Source: Longimicrobiales bacterium (GTDB lineage Bacteria > Gemmatimonadota > Gemmatimonadetes > Longimicrobiales > Gaopeijiaceae). From it: a stretch of 64,000 nt of DNA. Made by a program: the position numbers and the translations under genes. A model generated the notes under the pieces. It searched no databases. It saw nothing but the letters and a program-made list of their open reading frames with translations, and had not been told where the DNA came from. Where the stretch lies: the NCBI GenBank assembly GCA_965249725.1, contig CBDFMQ010000002.1, positions 480,001-544,000 of the forward strand, given 5' to 3'. Of this stretch, positions 9,119 to 18,536 are shown piece by piece (position 1 is the stretch's first letter; each line of letters starts with the position of its first letter).

Positions 9119-10443
9119 GCCTCGGCTGACCCGAGCGGTGGTGACCCGAACAACGGTGACCCGTCTGACAGTCCGGGTGTGTAGTCCAGGAGGATGACAT
9201 CCACGGGCGAACCCTGGCTGATGACCTCGACCCCTTCGGGTATGACGGCCAGACCGTCCGCCGAACCCAGGCTGTTGACCAACCCGGAGCCCTGAGGACC
9301 CGTCAGGGAGGCCAGGGTAGCTTCCCCGCGCCGGCTCAGTTCCACCCGCAAGAAGCCGGTGATCCCGGCGGAGGCACGGAGGTCCTCGGCTGCGCGCGCC
9401 GAGACCACGGTCCGGTGAACTCTGGTGTGCCCTGCCAGTGCCATGAGAAACGGACGCACCAGGATCTCGAAGGTCACGAATGTGGATGCCGGGTTGCCGG
9501 GGAGGCCGAACACAGCCTGGTCCATGCGTCCCTCTCGGGGCAGATGTCCAAAGCTCGTCGGCGTACCCGGACGCAGCTTCACGCGCCAGAAGTCCAATCG
9601 AAAGCCGGTGTCATCGAGCACCCTCTTGAAGAGATCTCCTTCTCCCATCGAGGCCCCGCCGAGGGTCACCAGAACATCTGCGTCTCGGGCCTTCTTGATG
9701 TGGGCCCGGATGTCCTCGGGATTGTCTTTGGCGATTCCCACCCGTAGCGGCGTACAACCCGCCCGTTGGACCGCGGCGGCAACGACCCGGCTGTTGCTCT
9801 CGGGAATCCGGTGGGGGCCGGGGGGACCGAGCTCGATATCGTGGAGCTCGTCACCGCTCGCGAGAATCGCCACTAGCGGCTTCCTCCGCACCGTCACCTT
9901 GGCGGCGTGTCCGCTGGCCAGCACGCCGATCTGACCCGGGCCGATGGCGGTACCGGCCTCCAGAATGATGTCACCTTCGCTCCAATCCTCCGAGGCCGGC
10001 CTTATGTGTCTCCCCTCGTCACGGTCTGCTTGGATGAGGACGCGCCCCGGGGTCCCGTGCTCGCGATCGGTGTCTTCGACTCGAACGATCGTATCTGCCC
10101 CCTCGGGCACGGGCCCGCCGGTCATGATCCGTACGGCCTGTCCCTCGCCTACCACTTCCTCGAAGCGCGTGGCCGCGAGCACAGCCCCTACGACGGCGAG
10201 CGCGACGGGTTCGTCAAGACTCGCGCCGGTGATGTCGGCACCGCGAACGGCGTACCCGTCCATGGCGCTGTTCTTCCAGGGCGGAAGGCCTGTCGGGGCG
10301 ATGAGGTCAGCTGCGAGAACTCTTCCGAGGGAGTCCGGCAGGAGAACTTCTTCGAGGTCGAGCGGTGAGGCGGCAGCGAGGATGCGCCTCATCGCGTCAG
10401 AGACAGAGAGCCAATCGGCAGGTCTGGACTCGAAGTCCGTCAT
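9115..10443 (-). CDS. moeA: Molybdopterin molybdotransferase MoeA
   Basis: SAMDGYAV, RIMTGGPVP, SGDEL, GGASMG and GLPGNP. Start trimmed to MTDFESR (10443), next to the upstream stop. Confidence 0.93.
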   Translation of the reverse strand: MTDFESRPADWLSVSDAMRRILAAASPLDLEEVLLPDSLGRVLAADLIAPTGLPPWKNSAMDGYAVRGADITGASLDEPVALAVVGAVLAATRFEEVVGEGQAVRIMTGGPVPEGADTIVRVEDTDREHGTPGRVLIQADRDEGRHIRPASEDWSEGDIILEAGTAIGPGQIGVLASGHAAKVTVRRKPLVAILASGDELHDIELGPPGPHRIPESNSRVVAAAVQRAGCTPLRVGIAKDNPEDIRAHIKKARDADVLVTLGGASMGEGDLFKRVLDDTGFRLDFWRVKLRPGTPTSFGHLPREGRMDQAVFGLPGNPASTFVTFEILVRPFLMALAGHTRVHRTVVSARAAEDLRASAGITGFLRVELSRRGEATLASLTGPQGSGLVNSLGSADGLAVIPEGVEVISQGSPVDVILLDYTPGLSDGSPLFGSPPLGSAEA

Positions 10444-10445
10444 CC

Positions 10446-11144
10446 TCAGAGACGCCAACTGGCTCCGAGGGAGAGGCTCTTGGCCGACACCCACTCGTCC
10501 TCCGGGAACACTCCGAGGTCGGTGTCGTCGGTGATCCACCCCGCCGGCGTGCTGATCTTCCATAGGTTCATCACGCCGTCGACCCGTAGCATGAGCTTCG
10601 ACGAGAGATGGAGGTTGATACCGCTCCCCAGGGCGGCGATGAACTTGCTCCCGAAGTCGTACCGGTCCACCAACAGCATGTTGGCTTCGTCCTCCAAGGT
10701 GCGGTCCAGATTGCTGCTCAATGCCATGCCCCCCCCGAACGAGACGAAGGGTTGGAGGCCTCTCCAACTTCTCTGGCCCGTCAGGTTGATCCTGAGACGG
10801 ACCTGGAAGGCCAACAGGTCGATCGAGGACTCCCCGAGAAGCTGATTCTCCTCGCTCTCGCGAATGTCGATCACGTCTCGTAGGCCCTTGAAGAAGGTGG
10901 CATCGCCTTCGAACGCCAAGGCGCTCCCGAAGCTGACCGAGTAGCGACCGCCGAGTGCGTCCGCCGATTTTGGCCCCACTCCGAGTTGCCCTGGATTGAG
11001 ACTGGTGACGCCCGCGAACAAGCCGCCCTCCTGAGAGTGCTCGATGAACCGGTAGGCCGAGGGAATACTCTGGGCGGTCACCTGGCGGGACTGGAGCAGG
11101 ATCGCGCAGGACAGCAGCGCGAAAATCGTTCTTGGGAGTGGCAT
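10446..11144 (-). CDS. Exported outer-membrane beta-barrel-like protein
   Basis: N-terminal signal peptide, amphipathic strands (QPFVSFGGG, LRVDG) and C-terminal LGASWRL. Confidence 0.6.
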   Translation of the reverse strand: MPLPRTIFALLSCAILLQSRQVTAQSIPSAYRFIEHSQEGGLFAGVTSLNPGQLGVGPKSADALGGRYSVSFGSALAFEGDATFFKGLRDVIDIRESEENQLLGESSIDLLAFQVRLRINLTGQRSWRGLQPFVSFGGGMALSSNLDRTLEDEANMLLVDRYDFGSKFIAALGSGINLHLSSKLMLRVDGVMNLWKISTPAGWITDDTDLGVFPEDEWVSAKSLSLGASWRL

Positions 11145-11286
11145 AAAAGCTGGTTCGACGTTTCGTTTAGTGATATTTGACGACTGCCACCGGCCGAAAC
11201 AGATTCGTCCAAGTGACGTCGGCCCTCGTCCAGAGGGCCGGAAGATCACCCTTTCAACACCGTCTGTCGAGGATCGTTTCAGGAAG

Positions 11287-12285
11287 ATGAGCGCGAGTTT
11301 TCAGCGATCACGGGCCGTCACGGTCTTCCTTGGGGTCTGCCTGCTCGTTTTCGTCCGAGGCCTCTGCGCCCAGGCCGGAACCGTGACGGACGAAGAGAAT
11401 TTTCGCGCTCTGCCGAACGGGACCTTGCTGGGCCAACTCTACCCGGGCGCGGACCTGGCCGTGCTGGATACCTCTGGGGATTGGCTGCAGTTCGAGCTGG
11501 GGGGTTGGGTCTGGACCCCGTCGCTTCAGGTGGTGGGTCGGGGCGACTTCGATCTGGTCGTATCGGCCGTGGAGGGTGAGAACGTTCGTACCATTCCGTC
11601 CGGCGACATCATCGGCCATTTGGAGGAGGGGACTCTGCTCCAGGAGGTCGAACGCGTGCCCGGTTGGGTGAGGGTGCGCCGCACTGCCTGGATCTGGAGT
11701 CCGTCCGTGGCGCTGGAGGAGCCGAGTTCCGGAGAGTCGGCCGGGGCCGTCGACGTCGCCCTCGCCGAAGAGTGGACCATCAGGGGGGAGACCGATGCGG
11801 CGATCCTCAGCACGCCGGATGGAGATACCCTGGCCGCCGCGGCACCCGGGGCGAACCTGAGGATCCTCGCGAGAGAGGGGAACTGGGCCAGGGTCCGGAT
11901 GGACGGTTGGCTGTGGCTTCCCGAGGGAACGGCAGTAGAGGGCGAGACCACGATCCTCACGGACGTGAGCATTCAGGACGTCTCGGCGTCACCACTCGAG
12001 TATCGAGGCCGCGTTCTGCAGTGGGACGTGCAGTTCATCTCGCTGGAGCGCGCTGAGAAGATCCGCACCGACTTTTATGAGGGAGAGCCCTTCCTGCTCA
12101 CCAAGACGGGCCGCGGGGAAGGTGTCTTCGTCTATGTGGCCATTCCGCCGGAGCGGATTCAGGAGGCGGAGGGTCTGAGTCCCCTGGAGCGAATCAGGGT
12201 CGTCGGGCGTGTCAGAACCGGGGCCGCGACCCTCACGGGCAGTCCCATCCTCGAGCTGCTGGCTTTGTCGACCATTCCTCGGTGA
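11287..12285 (+). CDS. Exported protein with three bacterial SH3-like repeats and a C-terminal OB-fold-like region
   Basis: Signal peptide; repeated ENxR..P.G..LG.L..G...W..V...GW.W pattern. Confidence 0.65.
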   Translation: MSASFQRSRAVTVFLGVCLLVFVRGLCAQAGTVTDEENFRALPNGTLLGQLYPGADLAVLDTSGDWLQFELGGWVWTPSLQVVGRGDFDLVVSAVEGENVRTIPSGDIIGHLEEGTLLQEVERVPGWVRVRRTAWIWSPSVALEEPSSGESAGAVDVALAEEWTIRGETDAAILSTPDGDTLAAAAPGANLRILAREGNWARVRMDGWLWLPEGTAVEGETTILTDVSIQDVSASPLEYRGRVLQWDVQFISLERAEKIRTDFYEGEPFLLTKTGRGEGVFVYVAIPPERIQEAEGLSPLERIRVVGRVRTGAATLTGSPILELLALSTIPR

Positions 12286-14474
12286 TGGACATGCGAATGC
12301 ATCGGCTCCGAGCTGGAGTCGCATTGCTGGCATCGTTGAGCGTCGCCACCTGCTCGAAGGACGGGACCACCCAACCGCCCACGACCGACCTCGAGTTGGT
12401 GGCCGTGTCGGGAGGGGGTCAGTTCGGCCCCGCGGGTCAGTTGCTCATCGATCCCCTGATGGTGGCCGTCCAGGGAAGCGGCGATGGGCGACCCGCCGCG
12501 GATGTGACGGTGGATTGGACGGTCACCGAGGGTTCTGGGGCCGTGTTGGGACCGGCAACCAGCTCCAGCGACTCCACCGGGCTCACCACGACGGTGTTTC
12601 GGCTGGGGGCGGCGTTGGGTCGGTACCGAGTACAAGCCCGACTGCGAGATCAGCCGGAGCGATTCGTCGAATTCGAGGCCTGGGCCGTGCTGCCTCCGGC
12701 CCTCACCTCTTTGTCCTCGGCGGAAGCCGAGGCGGGGCAAGTGATCACGCTCGAAGGGGACAACTTCAGCTCGATCGCCCCTCACAACATCGTCCTGTTC
12801 TCGGGGATTCGCGGCTCCGTCGTGGCTGCGCAGCCGACACAACTCTCCGTGGAGGTGCCCCCCTGTCTCCCGAGCAGGTCGGTGGAGGTCTCGGTCCGAC
12901 TGGGAGGCGAGGCGAGCGGAGAGCTACCCCTGGCCGTCGAAGCTGCCGGGGACGGTCTGGACTTCGACGTCGGCGCGGACACTACCGTGGTGATTGGAGA
13001 GGCCCCTTCGTGTGTGCGTCTTGCCGCGGGGAATTGGCTTGCGGTGCCGCAGTCGGTGAGCTCGATCGGAGCGGCACGGTTCGACTATCGACTGACCGGC
13101 TTGCGAAAGCCGGTCGTGATCGCGTCTGGCCAGGCCCAACCGCCGGCTCGGTTGGTCGAGGCGCCGTTGCCAGGAAAGACCGCTTCCGCGGCGGGGTCTG
13201 TCCGGGAGGAGTGGAAGCTGTTCCTCAGATCCGTCGAGAAGCGGCTCTTGGGGCGAGGGCGTCGGGCCTTGGAGGGGCCGGCTCTGTCGCCTTCGGCTCT
13301 GTTGCCTCCGGCCCCCGATGTGGGCGATCGAAGGGACTTTGAGGTGGTACGCAGCGACGGAGACTTCGACCAGATCACTGCAGAGGTACGGGTGATCTCG
13401 GAGCGAGCGATTCTATACGTCGATGTCGAAGCGCTGGCCGATTTTCCACAGCAGGATGTCGAGCGTTTCGGCACCATCTTCGATGATCCGATCTACACGG
13501 TCGACGCCGCCGCCTTCGGCAATCCGTCCGACGTGGACCAAAACGGCAAGGTGCTCATTCTCTTCACCCCCGGCGTCAACCGGCTCACCAGCCCGGGGTC
13601 CAGCGATTTCGTGGGGGGGTTCTTCTTCGGTCTCGATCTGTTCACCGAGGCCGAGCACAGCAACGCGGCTGAGGTCTTCTACGTGATGGTGCCCGATCCG
13701 ACGGGCAAGTACGGGAACGTGCAGAACCTCGACGTCATTCGGACGACCGTGCCGGCCATTCTCGCCCACGAGCTGCAGCACATGATCAGCCACAATGAGA
13801 GGATCATCGAGCGCGACGGCGAGCGTGCCGACGCACTCTGGCTCTCCGAGGCTCTAGCCCAGATGGGCGAGGACCTGGTCGGAGAAGAGTTGCGGAGGAG
13901 GGGGAGCTCCGAGGCTGCGGACTATCAGAAGGGCAATTGGCGACGCGCGAATCGCTTCCTCGAGGACCCGGCGGACGTGAGCCTGATCGTCGCCACCGGC
14001 CAGGGAACGCTCGCCGAGCGCGGTGCGGGATGGATGTTCGTTCGCTATCTGAGGGATCAGGCCGGGAGCAACGCCGTGCTGGTGCGGTTAACGCAGACCA
14101 CGCTTACCGGTATCGACAACGTCGAGGAGGTGACGGGTGAGTCTTGGGAAGACCTGTTCTCGGACTGGAGTGCGGCTATTGCGGTTGAGGGCCAACTCGC
14201 AGAGGGCGGCCCGCTGTCTGTCCGTTCTGGTCTGGAGTTTCCCGGTGTGGACCTCGTGGAGACCTTTACCGAAGGGGTTGGAGACTATTCGTTGATCCCC
14301 ACTCTGCTCACCGTTGGTGACTTCAATGCCAACGGGCGACTTTGGTCGTCGGCGGGTGCACACTTCTTGCTGGGAAGTGGGGAGGGCGGATTGGCCCTGA
14401 GTCTGGCCGGAGCGGAGGGGGGAGTGGCTCCTCCTCAGGCCGGTCTCCGGCTCAAGCTCGTGAGGTTGTTCTAG
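12282..14474 (+). CDS. Lipoprotein with Ig-like/IPT-TIG domains and a zinc metallopeptidase domain (M30/hyicolysin-like)
   Basis: Lipobox-like VATC, GQVITLEGDNF IPT motif, and AHELQHMI followed by WLSEALA. Confidence 0.75.
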   Translation: MMDMRMHRLRAGVALLASLSVATCSKDGTTQPPTTDLELVAVSGGGQFGPAGQLLIDPLMVAVQGSGDGRPAADVTVDWTVTEGSGAVLGPATSSSDSTGLTTTVFRLGAALGRYRVQARLRDQPERFVEFEAWAVLPPALTSLSSAEAEAGQVITLEGDNFSSIAPHNIVLFSGIRGSVVAAQPTQLSVEVPPCLPSRSVEVSVRLGGEASGELPLAVEAAGDGLDFDVGADTTVVIGEAPSCVRLAAGNWLAVPQSVSSIGAARFDYRLTGLRKPVVIASGQAQPPARLVEAPLPGKTASAAGSVREEWKLFLRSVEKRLLGRGRRALEGPALSPSALLPPAPDVGDRRDFEVVRSDGDFDQITAEVRVISERAILYVDVEALADFPQQDVERFGTIFDDPIYTVDAAAFGNPSDVDQNGKVLILFTPGVNRLTSPGSSDFVGGFFFGLDLFTEAEHSNAAEVFYVMVPDPTGKYGNVQNLDVIRTTVPAILAHELQHMISHNERIIERDGERADALWLSEALAQMGEDLVGEELRRRGSSEAADYQKGNWRRANRFLEDPADVSLIVATGQGTLAERGAGWMFVRYLRDQAGSNAVLVRLTQTTLTGIDNVEEVTGESWEDLFSDWSAAIAVEGQLAEGGPLSVRSGLEFPGVDLVETFTEGVGDYSLIPTLLTVGDFNANGRLWSSAGAHFLLGSGEGGLALSLAGAEGGVAPPQAGLRLKLVRLF

Positions 14475-14569
14475 CGGCTGCCATGGCCGATGAGAGGCTG
14501 AATCTTCTCCGGAACGAACACGTAGTGTCGAGTGTCTACCTTGAAGGAAGACTCCTGCGTCGAGGCTGA

Positions 14570-15367
14570 ATGCGCTGTTCTACCTGTGGTGAGCATCTAA
14601 GAGAGCACGAAACCGCTTGTCCCACGTGTGGGGTGGCGGTTTCGTCTCGCTCTATCGTGCGTCCGGTGGGGGTGGGCGTTCGGAATTGTCCTCGGTGCGC
14701 CTACGTCGGGAACGGAATCGAGTACTTCAAGCGGCCCGGACACATGGGTCTCCTCATCGGCGTTTCGCTCTTCACGTATGGACTGGGGGGACTGGCGTAC
14801 TGGCTGGCCCGCCGGAAACACCGCATCTGCCCGCAGTGTGGGCTCGGCTGGGAGAACGCGGCGGTGCTCGGACCCGGCCAGGGGCGTGCGCCTGCGTTGG
14901 CCGGGGTCACCGGTGCCGGTCCTCAATTCGGGGCGGATGAAGAGCTTCCCAGACGCGGACTCGCACGGAGAGTGATCGGTGTGGGCATGGTGCTCGCGGC
15001 GGCGCTGATGATTTCGGTCGGCTTCGTCAATTTCGAGTTGGCCGCCGTGGCCGTCGGGAGCGTGCTGGGTGCGGGCGGCACCGGCACCATTTGGTGGGGT
15101 CTCAAGGCCCGCCAGGATCGCCGGAATGCGCTCATGACGCGATTGCAGGGAAGCGTCCTACTCCTGGCCACCGAAAAGGGTGGAACGCTCACCGTGACCG
15201 AGGTAGCCGCCTCACTGAACCTGTCCTTGTCAGCTGCGGAGGGTGTGCTGGAAGGCATGGACGACGGGCTCAGGGTCCGGTCCGACGTGACCAACCAGGG
15301 CATCATCGTGTACGAGTTTCCCGAGGTCAGGCATCACCCCAGGCTCGAGTCGGGCTCGAAGAGCTAG
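14570..15367 (+). CDS. Membrane protein with zinc ribbons and a C-terminal winged-helix-like region
   Basis: Four CxxC motifs (CSTC, CPTC, CPRC, CPQC), hydrophobic segments and GGTLTVTEVAASLNLS. Confidence 0.65.
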   Translation: MRCSTCGEHLREHETACPTCGVAVSSRSIVRPVGVGVRNCPRCAYVGNGIEYFKRPGHMGLLIGVSLFTYGLGGLAYWLARRKHRICPQCGLGWENAAVLGPGQGRAPALAGVTGAGPQFGADEELPRRGLARRVIGVGMVLAAALMISVGFVNFELAAVAVGSVLGAGGTGTIWWGLKARQDRRNALMTRLQGSVLLLATEKGGTLTVTEVAASLNLSLSAAEGVLEGMDDGLRVRSDVTNQGIIVYEFPEVRHHPRLESGSKS

Positions 15368-16356
15368 ACCGGACCGTCCCCGGCCGCCGTGTATCCGGCG
15401 GACACCTCTTCCCTGGCTGTCGCCGCCCGGGCCAACCAAACGCCTCCGATGATGATCGCTGCGCCCGTCATCTGAAGAGCGGACGGTTCCTCACCAAGCC
15501 ACAACGCTGCGGTAATGAGCGCGACCACCGGGACCAGATTCGAGAATACCGACGTGCGTGCGCTGCCGATGTGCTCCAAACCGACGTTCCACAGCAAGTA
15601 GGCCACGGCAATGGCCAACACGCCCGCGTATGCGACCCCTGCCCAGGCCAGGGGCGAGACCGCGCGGAAGTCCATGCGCACGACCGCAGGGGCGCCGGCC
15701 ACGACGAGACCGAGGGTTCCGATCCACAGCGTCCAAGACGTCACAGCGAGGGCTCCGTAGCGACGCGTGAGATCCTGAGCTCCGACAGTGTAGACCGACC
15801 ACGTAACAGCGGCCGCCACCAGCAGTAGATCGCCTCGCGGCAGACCGTCGGAGTATCCCAAGGTACTGGCACCTCCCACGACCACGAATACCATGCCAGC
15901 CAGAGTCGCCAACACACCGATCCAGACGGCCACCGTATGCTGTTCCTGGCCCAACACGGTCGCGAGGACCAAGGTCCACACAGGCGTCGTTGCCAGAACG
16001 AGGCTGGCGTTGCCGGCAAGCGTGCCGTCGATGCCGAAGATGAACAGGAACTGATAGACCAGGTTGCCCAACAGGCCCAAGAGGACGATTCGGGCCCAAT
16101 GGGTCTTGTCCGGTATGGGGATGGGCCCGCGCCACCTCAACAGGGCGAACAACGTCGCGGCGGCGAGGGGAAATCGGAGGGCGTTGAACGCGAGGGGCTC
16201 GATTTCGAGCAGAGCCACCTTGATGACGGAGAAGTTCACTCCCCAGATGACACAAAGTGTTACGAGTCCGATGTCGATCCAGATTTCGGATCCGGTGACC
16301 GCGGAAGCAGGGGTTTGCGGCCCTCCGGGCCCATCACCTGCGGAATTGGGGGCCAT
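15364..16356 (-). CDS. DMT/EamA family transporter
   Basis: IWGVNFSVIK, about 10 TM segments, and NLVPVVA...LGE in the second EamA repeat. Confidence 0.92.
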   Translation of the reverse strand: MAPNSAGDGPGGPQTPASAVTGSEIWIDIGLVTLCVIWGVNFSVIKVALLEIEPLAFNALRFPLAAATLFALLRWRGPIPIPDKTHWARIVLLGLLGNLVYQFLFIFGIDGTLAGNASLVLATTPVWTLVLATVLGQEQHTVAVWIGVLATLAGMVFVVVGGASTLGYSDGLPRGDLLLVAAAVTWSVYTVGAQDLTRRYGALAVTSWTLWIGTLGLVVAGAPAVVRMDFRAVSPLAWAGVAYAGVLAIAVAYLLWNVGLEHIGSARTSVFSNLVPVVALITAALWLGEEPSALQMTGAAIIIGGVWLARAATAREEVSAGYTAAGDGPV

Positions 16357-16376
16357 TCGAGGAGGCCTGGACGGGG

Positions 16377-16409
16377 GAGAACGTCACGCGAGAGTCACGA
16401 GAACGTCAC
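16377..16409. promoter_or_regulatory. Three 11-bp-period direct repeats (core GTCAC), candidate regulator binding site
   Basis: GAGAACGTCAC / GCGAGAGTCAC / GAGAACGTCAC in the divergent EamA-TPR intergenic region. Confidence 0.45.
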
Positions 16410-16476
16410 CGTTGTTTTTCCAACTGGCGGTGCCTAGCTTGAAGCATCCCCCCACAAGCTAAATATTCCGGTGTAG

Positions 16477-18300
16477 ATGCCCACTTCGAACGTCCCACGC
16501 CTTGAAGACTACCGCAGCGGGCGGGCAAAACGGTCTGAGCAGACCGCGGCGCTTTACCGAGGAGATCCCGCACGGTCTTGCCTTTTGGGGCATCTTGCCT
16601 CGGCGCAAGAGTTGGTGGGGGCCGATCGGGCCGCTGTGGTATGGGTCGACGAGTATGGCCCAGGCTTGGTTCACGTCCATTGCCTACTCGATCTCGTAGG
16701 GAACCCTCCGCGACGCGATTCTGTAGCCCAGGCGTGCAGGGTAGCCTGGGGCAAGGGTGTGCCCGGTCTCCTCGATGTGCCGGACGTAGAGCGCGGCGGT
16801 GGAATCCCCATATCCGGGGTCCGCAGCTCTTGCTGCGTTGCGATGGGAAGCGATGGGACCCGCGCGTGGTTCCTGGTGGTCGACTCCCTGACACCTCGAT
16901 CGTGCTTGGCGGTCGAGGTCACCGACGAATTGATGTTCGTTGCGGGTGAAGCCGCTGCGGTGGTTCTCCATCAGGATCTGGACCGCAAGGCCACTGGCCC
17001 GAGGCGATTCGGAAAGAGTGCCAGTCCGGAGGCCGGTGAGACCTTCTCGGGATGGGCGATCCTCAAGGACCTCGACGGTCGTGAGGCGGACGCCGAAACG
17101 AATCGCCGCATCGCTACGCGCTTCCTCGTCGCACGTGCGGTGCGCTCCGCTCTGGACGAGGAGCTCACCATGGATCCCGAGGCTCTTCGGCAGCAGGTCG
17201 AAGGAGTGGGGCGTGAGCTCGACGCGGTAGAGCGGGGCGATCCCGAACGCACGGCCTGGGGAGAGGTCCTAGAGGCTCTCGGCTCCGGGGACGGGGTCGA
17301 GCTTGGACGTTCTCTCCTCGAGTTGGCGGATCGCGTGGACATGCTCGGGCACCTGCATGGGTCCCGCGAGCTGTGCAGTCTCGCCTACCAGGTAGCCGTG
17401 ACCTGTGGGTCTGGTGCGATCGCCGGTACCGCGGCCCGCTTCCTGGGTAGAACGCATCGGCGGCTCGGGGCGTGGGAGGACAGCGAAACTTGGTACGGCG
17501 TAGCCCAAAACCTGGGCGAGGCGCTCGGCGACGGGAGGCTCTCGGCTCTGGCCACGAACGGTCTTGGGAGCACCAGCCGCGAGAAGGGCAACCTGCCGCG
17601 GGCTCTCGAGCTGCACACCGAGACTCTGCAATGGGGCGTCGAGGACGGGGACCGCTACATCCAGGGGCTCAGTCATCACGATCTGATGACGGACCAGAAG
17701 CTGTCAGGGCGTTTCGGAGACGCGATTCGGCATGGCTGGGAGGCGGTTCGCCTCTATCCATCCGAGCGAGACCAGCTGCAGGCCCTCACCGACCTGGCAT
17801 GGGCGTTCGTCGAGGTGGGCGAGTACGGAGCTGCCGAGGATGCCTACACCGTGGTGGCGCATCGCACGCAGGACTTCAGATATCGGGTGTATGCGCTCGA
17901 CGCCCTGGCGTATATCGAGGCTCTCCTCGGGAGACGCGAACAGTTCGAGGATCGTATCCAGGCGGTTGACGAAACCCCCTGGAGGACCGGACAGCCCTTC
18001 ATGGTCTCGGAGCTACTCTACTACCGAGGCAAGGCGTACGGCCTTTTGGGCGACGTCGAACTGGCACAGCGTTGGCTTGCGGAGGCGAAAGCCTACTCCG
18101 AAGAACACGGCAACAACCAGATTTCATTCCAGGCGGAGACGGCCCTCGAAGCCCTCGAGTCTGGAGAACTCACGGATGAGGACGCGAGCGGCCGCGCCGA
18201 GCCCGTATCGCTCGACGATATCGATGGCGTCCGCACCGAGCTGAGCTCGATGCGGGGCCAGTTGGTTACAGCAGGTGGAGCGGAGGTACCGGCTACTTAG
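16477..18300 (+). CDS. Cytoplasmic protein with an N-terminal GAF-like region and C-terminal tetratricopeptide repeats
   Basis: LVGADRAAVVW...GVRSSCCVAM GAF-like pattern; TPR-like units (LGRTHRRLGAWEDSETWY, LGSTSREKGNLPRALELH, LAWAFVEVGEYGAAEDAY, GKAYGLLGDVELAQRWL); no signal peptide. Confidence 0.75.
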   Translation: MPTSNVPRLEDYRSGRAKRSEQTAALYRGDPARSCLLGHLASAQELVGADRAAVVWVDEYGPGLVHVHCLLDLVGNPPRRDSVAQACRVAWGKGVPGLLDVPDVERGGGIPISGVRSSCCVAMGSDGTRAWFLVVDSLTPRSCLAVEVTDELMFVAGEAAAVVLHQDLDRKATGPRRFGKSASPEAGETFSGWAILKDLDGREADAETNRRIATRFLVARAVRSALDEELTMDPEALRQQVEGVGRELDAVERGDPERTAWGEVLEALGSGDGVELGRSLLELADRVDMLGHLHGSRELCSLAYQVAVTCGSGAIAGTAARFLGRTHRRLGAWEDSETWYGVAQNLGEALGDGRLSALATNGLGSTSREKGNLPRALELHTETLQWGVEDGDRYIQGLSHHDLMTDQKLSGRFGDAIRHGWEAVRLYPSERDQLQALTDLAWAFVEVGEYGAAEDAYTVVAHRTQDFRYRVYALDALAYIEALLGRREQFEDRIQAVDETPWRTGQPFMVSELLYYRGKAYGLLGDVELAQRWLAEAKAYSEEHGNNQISFQAETALEALESGELTDEDASGRAEPVSLDDIDGVRTELSSMRGQLVTAGGAEVPAT

Positions 18301-18536
18301 CCGTTGCCGCCCGGATTGTGCCCGTTACCACCGGGGTTATGTCCGTTGCCACCAGGATTATGCCCGTTGCCACCAGGATTATGCCCGTTGCCGCCGGGGT
18401 TATGGCCGTTGCCGCCAGGATTGTGAGTCTGGCAGAGGCTGTCACCGGCTGCGCAGTCCAGGCCTGCGGGCGATGAGCAGGCGCTCAGGGCGAACGAAAG
18501 GGCGGCGACGGCGAAACAGAGGCGAAGCTTGGTCAT
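18297..18536 (-). CDS. 79-aa lipoprotein / candidate peptide precursor with six C-terminal HNPGGNG repeats
   Basis: AAGGAA RBS upstream of ATG 18536; signal peptide with lipobox LSAC (Cys20); repeat copies differ only at synonymous positions. Confidence 0.85.
   Translation of the reverse strand: MTKLRLCFAVAALSFALSACSSPAGLDCAAGDSLCQTHNPGGNGHNPGGNGHNPGGNGHNPGGNGHNPGGNGHNPGGNG
18300..18425 (-). repeat. 6 x 21-bp coding tandem repeat (HNPGGNG)
   Basis: Units at 18300, 18321, 18342, 18363, 18384 and 18405; minus-strand consensus CAY AAY CCN GGY GGY AAC GGN. Confidence 0.97.

Noticed and set aside
18300..18425. 21-bp repeat array as a CRISPR array
   Set aside because: Units are contiguous with no spacers, vary only at codon third positions, and no cas genes are present.
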